Below are positions 7,777-15,540 of a DNA stretch of 20,000 nt, in pieces (the first letter of the stretch is position 1; each line of letters begins with the position of its first letter). Position numbers and translations under genes: made by a program. Below the pieces are notes generated by a model. The model was given only the letters and a program-made list of their open reading frames with translations, was not told the DNA's origin and ran no database searches. Source of the DNA: an uncultured virus (IMG/VR IMGVR_UViG_3300023184_000108) (taxonomy: Duplodnaviria > Heunggongvirae > Uroviricota > Caudoviricetes); IMG/VR virus record IMGVR_UViG_3300023184_000108; one strand, written 5' to 3'.

Positions 7777-8051
7777 TGGCGAGCCGTGGCATGGGTGACA
7801 TCGCCCCTTCCAAGATGCCAAAAGCCAAGACGATCACTCGTAAAGATGATCCGAACAAGGTCAAGGTATACAAGGAAGGCGGGGGCGTCAATGCTGCTGG
7901 CAACTACACTAAACCGGAATTGCGCAAGCGGATCGTGTCTCAAGTCAAAGCTGCAGCAACACAAGGCACAGGTGCTGGTCAGTGGTCAGCAAGGAAAGCT
8001 CAGTTGGTAGCCAAGAAATACAAAGCTGCTGGTGGAGGATACAGAGATTGA
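7773..8051 (+). CDS. Small basic protein, N-terminal half of a DUF5872-like protein
   Basis: ATGA overlap at 7773; YKEGG then NYTKPELRKRI...GQWSARKAQLVAKKYKAAGGGY. Confidence 0.75.
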   Translation: MMASRGMGDIAPSKMPKAKTITRKDDPNKVKVYKEGGGVNAAGNYTKPELRKRIVSQVKAAATQGTGAGQWSARKAQLVAKKYKAAGGGYRD

Positions 8052-8284
8052 AAGCGCCGCAACAGTCCTTAAAAAACTGGGGCGACCAGAAGTGGCGTAC
8101 CAAGTCAGGTAAACCATCTTCTAAAACTGGTGAGCGGTACTTGCCAGAAGCGGCAATTAAATCTTTATCCCCCGCAGAATATGCGGCGACAACGAAAGCA
8201 AAAAGACAAGGCAAGGCGGCGGGTAAACAGTTTGTAAAACAGCCGCCCAAAGTGGCGAAGAAAACAGCAGGATTTAGAAAATGA
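8048..8284 (+). CDS. Small basic protein, C-terminal half of a DUF5872-like protein
   Basis: TTG at 8048 overlapping the upstream TGA, SD GGAGGA 8034-8039; SLKNWGDQKWRTKSG...ERYLP...KQFVKQP. Confidence 0.72.
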   Translation: MKAPQQSLKNWGDQKWRTKSGKPSSKTGERYLPEAAIKSLSPAEYAATTKAKRQGKAAGKQFVKQPPKVAKKTAGFRK

Positions 8285-8484
8285 TTTCTTTTATCCAAAA
8301 ACAACTTGAGGCTTCTGAACGCATGTTTGAACTCATGCACAGAGACCATAAAGAGCGCATGGAACAGATCGTGATGTGGGCGGATATGAATGAAAGCTTG
8401 ATGCGCAAACTAGAAGAACGTGATCGAGAGATTGCGCGATTGCAAGGTCTTTTGAGAGCACATGAAGTTATGGAAAAAATTTAA
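8281..8484 (+). CDS. Hypothetical coiled-coil protein
   Basis: 67 aa, ATGA overlap, helical charged composition. Confidence 0.65.
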   Translation: MISFIQKQLEASERMFELMHRDHKERMEQIVMWADMNESLMRKLEERDREIARLQGLLRAHEVMEKI

Positions 8485-8497
8485 CTAAGGAAGATAT

Positions 8498-8755
8498 ATG
8501 TCACAACTTAATCTCACCCCCGAAGAAGACCAAATGCTGTTGGCTGCTCTGCGTACGCACGCTGCTCAATATCAAGCTATGTTTGGATCCTCTGAGACAA
8601 CAATGTTGGCTTTGATTGCCAAGGTTGAAGGCCAATTGTTACAGCCTGTTCCAGCCGATATTATTGAGCCAACAGACGAAGAAGTGGAAGCCCATTTTGC
8701 TGCTGTAGAGGCTGCTACTACTAAAACCAAAAAAACCAAGGTAGTTGAAGAGTAA
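8498..8755 (+). CDS. Hypothetical protein
   Basis: 85 aa, RBS AAGGA at 8487-8491, TAATG overlap with the next gene. Confidence 0.7.
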   Translation: MSQLNLTPEEDQMLLAALRTHAAQYQAMFGSSETTMLALIAKVEGQLLQPVPADIIEPTDEEVEAHFAAVEAATTKTKKTKVVEE

Positions 8756-9678
8756 TGGCATACACGTCCTCTACCGCTACGTTTAATCTTGACCTCAATG
8801 AACTTATTGAGGAAGCGTATGAGCGGGCGGGTTTAGAGGTTCGTACTGGCTATGAGTTTCGTACGGCACGGCGTTCGTTAAATTTGCTCACTATTGAGTG
8901 GTCAAACCGTGGCATCAACTTATGGACAGTAGAAGAAGGCGCGATTGCTCTTGCTACGGGGCAGGCGGTATATCCCATTCCAGAAGATACGATTGACTTG
9001 CTTGACCATGTCATCCGTCAAAACAATGGCACAGCAGCCACACAGACGGACATCAACATTTCTCGTATCTCAGAGCCTACCTATTCCACCATCCCCAACA
9101 AGCTCACTACTGGTCGTCCGATCCAAGTATGGGTCAACCGCCAAACTGCACAGACAAATGCAACATCTGTTACGTTGAATGGCACAATCACCAGTACAGC
9201 TACAACAATCGTAGTCAGTAGCGCATCAGGGTTAACCACTACAGGGTTTATTAAAATTGGCTCTGAGACCATTGGGTATACCAACGTGGATGGCAACAGC
9301 CTGATAAATTGCACCCGTGGACAGAATGGAACGACAGCAGCGGCACACACAACCGGCGCGGCAATCTATGTCCAGAACTTACCTTGTATCAATGTCTGGC
9401 CTACTCCCAACTCTGGCGGAGACTACACGTTTGTGTACTGGAGACTGCGTCGTCTCCAAGATGCCGGTAATGGTGTAAATGTTCAAGATATACCTTTCCG
9501 TTTGATCCCTTGCATGGTGGCTGGCTTGGCGTTTTACATCGGGTCTAAGCGCCCTGATGTTTCGCCAGATCGTGTGGCGTTTTTAAAAGCTGAGTACGAA
9601 CAACAATGGTTGCTGGCATCTCAAGAAGATCGAGAAAAAGCCCCAGACCGGTTCGTACCAAGGCAGTTGTTCTATTGA
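8755..9678 (+). CDS. Putative head-tail adaptor / head completion protein with an inserted beta domain
   Basis: 307 aa; LIEEAYERAG...ARRSLNLLTIEWSNRGINLW...WPTP...DIPFRLIPCMVAGLAFY...LKAEYEQQW fits podovirus-type adaptor proteins; insert at ~9172-9369. Confidence 0.7.
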   Translation: MAYTSSTATFNLDLNELIEEAYERAGLEVRTGYEFRTARRSLNLLTIEWSNRGINLWTVEEGAIALATGQAVYPIPEDTIDLLDHVIRQNNGTAATQTDINISRISEPTYSTIPNKLTTGRPIQVWVNRQTAQTNATSVTLNGTITSTATTIVVSSASGLTTTGFIKIGSETIGYTNVDGNSLINCTRGQNGTTAAAHTTGAAIYVQNLPCINVWPTPNSGGDYTFVYWRLRRLQDAGNGVNVQDIPFRLIPCMVAGLAFYIGSKRPDVSPDRVAFLKAEYEQQWLLASQEDREKAPDRFVPRQLFY

Positions 9679-9686
9679 GGTGAGCT

Positions 9687-10076
9687 ATGCCAAATAGATT
9701 TGCCTCAGGTAAGTATGCGATTGCAGAGTGCGATAGGTGTGGACAACGATACAAATTGCAGGAGTTGCGTAAGCAGGTTCTTAAGACTAAGATTTACTCA
9801 ATCAAGGTTTGCGGATCTTGCTGGGATCCAGACCAACCGCAGCTTCAGCTAGGAATGTATCCAGTCAATGACCCTCAGGCAGTGCGTGAGCCAAGACCGG
9901 ATACAAGCTACCAAGTCTCAGGTGTACTTGCAGATGGCGAGAACGGGGGCGGTAGTCGTATATTCCAGTGGGGCTGGACGCCGGTTGGCGGGGCGCAAGC
10001 AAACGATGCAGGTCTGACGCCAAATGTCTTGGCAATGGCTGTGCAAATTGGTACAGTAACGGTAGCAACGACTTAA
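9687..10076 (+). CDS. Conserved phage protein with Zn-ribbon (neck region)
   Basis: RBS GAGGTG upstream; CDRCG...CGSCWDPDQPQ...DPQAVREPRPD. Confidence 0.75.
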   Translation: MPNRFASGKYAIAECDRCGQRYKLQELRKQVLKTKIYSIKVCGSCWDPDQPQLQLGMYPVNDPQAVREPRPDTSYQVSGVLADGENGGGSRIFQWGWTPVGGAQANDAGLTPNVLAMAVQIGTVTVATT

Positions 10077-10083
10077 GGAGTCA

Positions 10084-10287
10084 ATGATGGCAAAAATGGA
10101 ATCAGGCAAAGCTGATATGGCTCAAGACAAAGCTCTTATTAAAAAAGCTTTCAAGCAGCATGACATGCAAGAACACAAGGGCGGCAAGGGTACATCCTTG
10201 AAGCTTAAAAAAGGTGGCGTGACAAACGACATGTTGAAATCTATGGGACGTAACATGGCTCGCGTTGCAAATCAAAGGGGCAAATAA
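10084..10287 (+). CDS. Small basic protein with LKKGG motif
   Basis: RBS AAGGAG 10075-10080; 67 aa, Lys/Met-rich. Confidence 0.78.
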   Translation: MMAKMESGKADMAQDKALIKKAFKQHDMQEHKGGKGTSLKLKKGGVTNDMLKSMGRNMARVANQRGK

Positions 10288-10571
10288 TGGCTAAGTTCAG
10301 CATGAAGCAAGGCGGCAAAGAAGTTGGTAACGCTGACATTTATGCCAAGCCTCACACCATGAGTGGTGGCGAAGCGAAGTCGCAAAACGATGGTAGCTTT
10401 CGCCCTGACCCAAATACATTGGCTGCGGATAAAACCGTACCGGGCGGCAGCATACCTGCTCGACGTGTTTCACTTGGCGATCGTATTCGTGAGCCTAAGA
10501 CAACTGGCATCAAAACTCGCGGTAATGGCGCGGCAACCAAAGGCGTAATGTCTAGAGGCCCGATGGCATGA
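10287..10571 (+). CDS. Small basic protein (MKQGG; C-terminal RGNGAATKG)
   Basis: TAATG and ATGA overlaps with both neighbours; 94 aa. Confidence 0.75.
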   Translation: MAKFSMKQGGKEVGNADIYAKPHTMSGGEAKSQNDGSFRPDPNTLAADKTVPGGSIPARRVSLGDRIREPKTTGIKTRGNGAATKGVMSRGPMA

Positions 10572-11497
10572 ACTACATCCAGCTTGTAACTGCGATTCAG
10601 GATTACACAGAGAATAGCTTTAACTATTCCACCGATCCTACGCCTATCAATACTTTTATTGAGCAGGCTGAGCAACGCATTTACAACACGATTCAGTTCC
10701 CATCTATACGCAAAAATGTCACAGGAACCACAACGTCCGGCAACAAGTACCTCTCTTGCCCAGATGATTTTCTCGCTGTGTATTCACTTGCTGTTGTTGA
10801 TGCAACTGGCGCTTATGAGTATTTGCTGAACAAAGATGTGAACTTCATACGTCAGGCATACCCAACTCCAACAGATACGGCAATTCCAAAATACTATGCG
10901 TTGTTTGGCCCATCGGTCAATGGAACAACAGTTTCAAATGAGTTGTCATTTATCCTTGGCCCGACCCCCGATGCTGGATACAGTGTTGAATTGCATTATT
11001 ACTACTACCCAGATTCAATCGTGCAGGGTAAGCTTTCTTCTGTTGGCAGTATTGTGGTTGGCACTGGGTACGTAGATGGTACGTACTACAACGTCCCGCT
11101 GACTGGTGGGGATGGTAAGAATGCAACAGCCACTGTCGTTGTTTATGGCGGGTCAGTAACAACTGTAACCATTGTAGATGGCGGTTCTTCTTATTACGTG
11201 GGCAACACCATAAGCGCAGCAAATACAAATCTTGGCGGTACAGGATCAGGATTCTCCGCATCTGTCACGGCAGTTATAAATGCAGCAGGTCAGACATGGC
11301 TGGGCGATAACTTTGACACTGTTCTGTTGTACGGATCAATTATTGAGGCTTACACCTACATGAAAGGTGAGCCAGACATTATGCTTGGGTACGATGCCAA
11401 ATACAAAGAAGCACTTGCGTTGGCAAAACGTTTGGGTGATGGTATGGAGCGTCAAGATGCCTACCGGTCTGGACAGTACAGACAGGCGGTGACGTAA
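10568..11497 (+). CDS. Second putative head-tail adaptor / tail tubular protein with an inserted GxGY beta domain
   Basis: 309 aa; MNYIQLVTAIQDY...FIEQAEQRIY...PKYYA...LGPTPD...TWLGDN...LLYGSIIEAYTYMKGE; insert at ~11024-11280. Confidence 0.7.
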   Translation: MNYIQLVTAIQDYTENSFNYSTDPTPINTFIEQAEQRIYNTIQFPSIRKNVTGTTTSGNKYLSCPDDFLAVYSLAVVDATGAYEYLLNKDVNFIRQAYPTPTDTAIPKYYALFGPSVNGTTVSNELSFILGPTPDAGYSVELHYYYYPDSIVQGKLSSVGSIVVGTGYVDGTYYNVPLTGGDGKNATATVVVYGGSVTTVTIVDGGSSYYVGNTISAANTNLGGTGSGFSASVTAVINAAGQTWLGDNFDTVLLYGSIIEAYTYMKGEPDIMLGYDAKYKEALALAKRLGDGMERQDAYRSGQYRQAVT

Positions 11498-11922
11498 TGG
11501 CTTTTACTGGCAACTGGGCTTGCAACACATTCAAAACAGGCATGATGAACGGGACGTTCAACTTTACGTCCGGCACGTTCTATATGGCTTTGTACACTAA
11601 TGCAGCCACGCTTGATGCCACTACCACGGCTTATACGTCTACGGGCGAAGTTGTGGCTTCAGGGTACACGGCTGGTGGTCTTGCTCTCACAATTGCGCAG
11701 GTTCCGACTGTAGGCAACTCAGGTACAACGGCTTACATATCGTTTAACAACGCGGTATGGACATCATCCTTGACTGCGCGGGGCGCATTGATTTATCAAA
11801 CTACTACGGGTAACCCAGCAGTTTGTGTATTGGACTTTGGATCAGACAAAACATCGTCTACAACATTCACAGTGCAATTCCCTGACCCTTCAAACACTTC
11901 AGCAATAATAAGGATCGCATAA
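11497..11922 (+). CDS. Virion structural protein (tail-associated), paralog 1
   Basis: 141 aa; FKTGMMNG..F...FYMALYT..A.LDA.TTAY....EV..SGYTAGG...ARGALIY...AVCVLDFG. Confidence 0.75.
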   Translation: MAFTGNWACNTFKTGMMNGTFNFTSGTFYMALYTNAATLDATTTAYTSTGEVVASGYTAGGLALTIAQVPTVGNSGTTAYISFNNAVWTSSLTARGALIYQTTTGNPAVCVLDFGSDKTSSTTFTVQFPDPSNTSAIIRIA

Positions 11923-12116
11923 TGATAGTCACAACAACCAAAGGCGACATGGATGATTCCTTGCTTGAGAAGCGGGAAGGTAATGTTGACAACGACAACG
12001 AATACACCACATGGGTAGAGTATTGGCTGGATGGTGAGCTTGTTCACCGATCTGCGCATGTGACATTGAAGAAAATGCCCGTCTTTGCCAATGGTGAAGC
12101 GGCAGCTTTAGGTTAA
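11922..12116 (+). CDS. Conserved hypothetical phage protein
   Basis: 64 aa, TAATG overlap; WVEYWLDGELVHRSAHV. Confidence 0.7.
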   Translation: MIVTTTKGDMDDSLLEKREGNVDNDNEYTTWVEYWLDGELVHRSAHVTLKKMPVFANGEAAALG

Positions 12117-12125
12117 AGGAAAAAT

Positions 12126-12554
12126 GTGAAAACAACGCATAAATGCTCTGTATGCAAGGAAGAAAAATCCTTGTCTGAGTTTCCTATGCGCAAAACACAT
12201 CGTCCGGGTAAACCGGTTTCTCAATGTACAAAATGTAGAGTCGCTTACAACAAAATTTACAGAGAGAAAAACAAAGATAGAGTTCTTGAAATAGAACGAA
12301 AAAGCAAGTTAAAAATGGCGTATGGCATCACACTTGAGCAGTATGATGCTATGCTGACAAAACAAGATGGCAAATGCGCAATTTGTGCTGCAAAAAAACC
12401 CGGCGGCAGAACCAAAATGTTTTTTATAGACCATTGTCATAACAGCGGCAATGTCCGAGGGTTGCTTTGTATGCGCTGCAATACCGGACTTGGTTTGTTT
12501 TTGGACAACCCAAAGTTTCTTTTGAGCGCAGTTTCTTATCTCAAGGAGAACTAA
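12126..12554 (+). CDS. Endonuclease VII-type HNH homing endonuclease
   Basis: N-terminal CxxC..CxxC, then YGITLEQYDAML..QDGKCAIC...IDHCH..GNVRGLLCMRCNTGLG, the endonuclease VII domain signature. Confidence 0.9.
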   Translation: MKTTHKCSVCKEEKSLSEFPMRKTHRPGKPVSQCTKCRVAYNKIYREKNKDRVLEIERKSKLKMAYGITLEQYDAMLTKQDGKCAICAAKKPGGRTKMFFIDHCHNSGNVRGLLCMRCNTGLGLFLDNPKFLLSAVSYLKEN

Positions 12555-12555
12555 A

Positions 12556-13047
12556 GTGAGTAACACCCAATCAATGTGTACTTCTTTCATGAGTGAACTG
12601 ATGCTGGGTCAGCACCAGCTTGGCACTTCAACTATTGTGTCTCGCGGCAGTTTGACATCCCCAACAACAGATACTGTCAAGGCGGCTTTGTATTTAGCAT
12701 CGGCAACAGTCAATGCTGGAACTACTGCATATTCTGCAACCGGAGAAGTGTCTGGCGCAGGTTATTCAGCGGGTGGGGTAACGGTAACAAATGCCAATAC
12801 TCCGACATCTACCAACTCAACAAGCACTGCTGGTGTAGCCTACTGGACACCATCAGCAAGTATCACATACACATCGGTAACGCTTGCAACTGCATTTGAT
12901 TGCGTACTGGTCTACAACTCAACTCAAAGCAATAAGGCCATCAGTGTTCACACTTTTGGTTCTCAAACAATCACCGCAGGGACTTTTGTACTGACAATGC
13001 CATCAAACACAACGACAACTGCGCTGCTGCGCTTGTCAACAACCTAA
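12556..13047 (+). CDS. Virion structural protein (tail-associated), paralog 2
   Basis: GTG start with RBS AAGGAG 12543-12548; MCTSFMSEL...KAALY..SAT.NA.TTAYS..GEV.G.GYSAGG...VLVYN...AISVHTFG aligns by eye with 11497-11922. Confidence 0.78.
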   Translation: MSNTQSMCTSFMSELMLGQHQLGTSTIVSRGSLTSPTTDTVKAALYLASATVNAGTTAYSATGEVSGAGYSAGGVTVTNANTPTSTNSTSTAGVAYWTPSASITYTSVTLATAFDCVLVYNSTQSNKAISVHTFGSQTITAGTFVLTMPSNTTTTALLRLSTT

Positions 13048-13051
13048 GCGG

Positions 13052-13067
13052 GGCGGCGTAAGCCGTT
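13052..13067 (+). other. Intergenic GNRA-tetraloop hairpin
   Basis: GGCGGC-GTAA-GCCGTT; no U-tract; ends 5 nt before the next ATG. Confidence 0.55.
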
Positions 13068-13072
13068 AAGAA

Positions 13073-13555
13073 ATGTTTGGCATTTCCCCGTTTTCTGGAG
13101 CGCCGTTTTCGTCACTTTCGGGGGTAACAATTCTTGTTGCCTTGACTGGAGTACAAGCGTCAGGAAATGTCGGAACTGTTGACTACCAAGAGCAGTGGCC
13201 TCAGACGGGGGATGTGGCGGTAGGTACTGTAGGCACTGTTGGCGTAGTCATATCAGTTGCTTTGTCGGGCGTGTCCAGTTCTGGTGATGTTGGCACGATG
13301 ACACTGGGAGATAGAGAGTTTGCTTTAACGGGTGTTGGGTCTGTTGGGTCAGTGGCAAGCACAAATGGTGGACAGTTCCTAACAGGAGTTTTGGCAAGTG
13401 GCGCGGTTGGTAATGTGATTGCTGTTTATTGGAAATTGATTGACGACAGTCAAACCGCAAACTGGCAGAATATAACGGACACGCAGACGGCTGGGTGGGC
13501 GTTGATTCAGTCAGACGAACCAACCACATGGCAATTAATTGATACAACGCCGTAA
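13073..13555 (+). CDS. Fibre-like virion protein with LTGVxAxGxVG repeats
   Basis: 160 aa; MFGISPFSGAPFS N-terminus, about five imperfect LTGVQASGNVGTV repeats, C-terminal Trp-spaced 11-aa repeats. Confidence 0.72.
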   Translation: MFGISPFSGAPFSSLSGVTILVALTGVQASGNVGTVDYQEQWPQTGDVAVGTVGTVGVVISVALSGVSSSGDVGTMTLGDREFALTGVGSVGSVASTNGGQFLTGVLASGAVGNVIAVYWKLIDDSQTANWQNITDTQTAGWALIQSDEPTTWQLIDTTP

Positions 13556-13564
13556 GGATAAAAG

Positions 13565-14026
13565 ATGGCTTCTCTAGTACTTGCAGATCGTGTAAAAGAG
13601 ACTACCACTACGACTGGTACGGGAACAGTGACGCTTCTTGGAGCATCGACAGGTTATCAATCTTTTGCAGCTATCGGCAACGCAAACATAACGTATTACA
13701 CAATTTCTGGACAGCAAAGCTCTGAGTGGGAAGTTGGAATTGGTACGTACACCGCATCAGGTACAACCCTAAGTAGGGACACAATCCTTGCTTCCAGTAA
13801 TTCTGGCTCGGCAGTTAACTTTAGCGCAGGCACAAAAGATGTATTTGTCTCCTACCCTGCTGGTAGATCGGTTGATGGTGGTCAAGGATATTTGCAAATG
13901 GCAAGCACTGTCACGGCAAGTTCAAGCATAAAAGATGGAAACAATGCTTTTAGCGTAGGCCCAATCACAATAAATTCAGGCGTTTCGGTGACTGTTCCCA
14001 CCGGCTCCCTCTGGATTGTTCTTTGA
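13565..14026 (+). CDS. Tail fibre-associated protein
   Basis: 153 aa; LADRVKETTTTTGTG...EWEVGIGTY...VNFSAGTKDVF; C-terminal GPITINSGVSVTVPTGSLW module. Confidence 0.75.
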   Translation: MASLVLADRVKETTTTTGTGTVTLLGASTGYQSFAAIGNANITYYTISGQQSSEWEVGIGTYTASGTTLSRDTILASSNSGSAVNFSAGTKDVFVSYPAGRSVDGGQGYLQMASTVTASSSIKDGNNAFSVGPITINSGVSVTVPTGSLWIVL

Positions 14027-14058
14027 TAAACCAATAGAATGCGACAAGGAGTTTAAAC

Positions 14059-14658
14059 GTGCCATCCTCATATACCTCACTACTAGGGCTGGTTCTACCA
14101 GCAACCGGGGAACTCACTTCAACGTGGGGTACAACGGTCAATACTTCACTGACTCAGTTGGTGGAAGATTCTGTTGCCCAATACGCCACAGCCAGCGTTA
14201 CATCAGGTGACTGGACTTTAACTACCACTGCTGGCGGGGTTTCCAACCAAGCTAGAAACGCTATTCTAATTGCCACTGGAGCGCCGGGAACTACTCGGTA
14301 CATATATGCCCCAGCTCAGAGTAAGACGTATGTGGTTATTAACGACTGCTCAGACAGCAGTGTTGTCTATATTCGGGGCGGCACATCTAGTTCATACTCA
14401 ACTGGAGTGGGCATTGCGGCTGGAAGCTCAGCCTTGGTTGCATGGGATTCATCAACAAGTGATTTTGTTACTGTGGCTGGTGGTGGTAACGGAGCTACAG
14501 GCGCAGGTGGCGATCAGATATTTATTCAGAATGGTCAGAACGTCACAACCAGCTATTCAATTCCATCTGGCAAGAACGCTGGTACGTTTGGCCCAGTCAC
14601 AATCAATTCAAGCGTCACGGTTACAGTTCCTACCGGATCTGTATGGACAATAGTTTAA
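14059..14658 (+). CDS. Tail fibre-associated protein
   Basis: GTG start, RBS AAGGAG 14046-14051; PSSY..LGL.LPATGE...TWG.TVN; C-terminal GPVTINSSVTVTVPTGSVW module. Confidence 0.75.
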   Translation: MPSSYTSLLGLVLPATGELTSTWGTTVNTSLTQLVEDSVAQYATASVTSGDWTLTTTAGGVSNQARNAILIATGAPGTTRYIYAPAQSKTYVVINDCSDSSVVYIRGGTSSSYSTGVGIAAGSSALVAWDSSTSDFVTVAGGGNGATGAGGDQIFIQNGQNVTTSYSIPSGKNAGTFGPVTINSSVTVTVPTGSVWTIV

Positions 14659-14667
14659 GGAGAACCC

Positions 14668-15531
14668 ATGAGTTCAGTACAAATCTCAGGTAGTGCAAGC
14701 GGGGCAGGTGTCCTGAATATCGCTGCGCCAACCACAGCTACGAATCGGACGTTGACGTTACCTGATGCTACGGGAACTATTGCGTTGACCAGCAACATTG
14801 TGTCTAACCCCCAAATCCAACCCATCTCAGCTTCTGTTGCATCTAGTGCGTTAACTATTACAGCATCTGCATTGACGTTAGACTTCCGCTCAACCACTTT
14901 GAGTAGCGGTACTGTTACGACTGTTACAGGTACTCCTGCTAATTTGGTTATCTCAAGTGGATCAACGTTAGGAACGGTCAATGCAACAGCATCTAGGATT
15001 GTTGTTATAGCCCTAAACAACGCTGGAACAATTGAATTGGCGGCTGTCAATATTAGTGGCGGCAATCAGCTTGATGAAACAAACCTTATCACTACAACTG
15101 CTGAAGGCGGCGCAGGGGCGGCAGATAGCGCAAACGTAATCTACTCTACGACTGCTAGAACATCGGTAGCGTATCGTGTAATTGGATACATAGAGTCTAC
15201 TCAAGCAACCGCAGGAACATGGGCTACTGCACCATCGACTATTCAAGGTTATGGAGGTCAGGCTTTGAATGCAATGAGTAGCTTGGGATATGGTCAAACT
15301 TGGAGTTTACCAACCCGTTCCGGCGGAACAACGTACTACAACACAACAGGAAAGCCAATTCAGTGTTTTATAACTTCTAATCAAACTTCTACGCCAGTCG
15401 TTACTGTTAACGGCACAAACATAATTACAGGGCTGGGGAGTACCGCAACGTATGTTACATACGCTTTTATTGTTCCACCGGGTGGGTCGTACTCCATAAA
15501 TACCTACAATATGTGGGCAGAACTTCGTTAA
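14668..15531 (+). CDS. Tail fibre protein
   Basis: 287 aa; N-terminal APTTATNRTLTLPDATGTI and C-terminal GYGQTW...TTYYNTTGKPI...IVPPGGSY...WAELR fibre-tip motifs; followed by a chaperone-like gene. Confidence 0.78.
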   Translation: MSSVQISGSASGAGVLNIAAPTTATNRTLTLPDATGTIALTSNIVSNPQIQPISASVASSALTITASALTLDFRSTTLSSGTVTTVTGTPANLVISSGSTLGTVNATASRIVVIALNNAGTIELAAVNISGGNQLDETNLITTTAEGGAGAADSANVIYSTTARTSVAYRVIGYIESTQATAGTWATAPSTIQGYGGQALNAMSSLGYGQTWSLPTRSGGTTYYNTTGKPIQCFITSNQTSTPVVTVNGTNIITGLGSTATYVTYAFIVPPGGSYSINTYNMWAELR

Positions 15532-15540
15532 GGATTAAAA

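Noticed and set aside
14012..14040. Possible internal promoter with -10 TAGAAT (14035-14040)
   Set aside because: Matching -35 is poor (TGGATT) and there is no extended -10; insufficient support.
13958..14649. Similar 3' ends of two fibre genes as a DGR template/variable repeat pair or invertible cassette
   Set aside because: Mismatches are not adenine-specific, both copies are coding and in direct orientation, and no reverse transcriptase or invertase is in the window.
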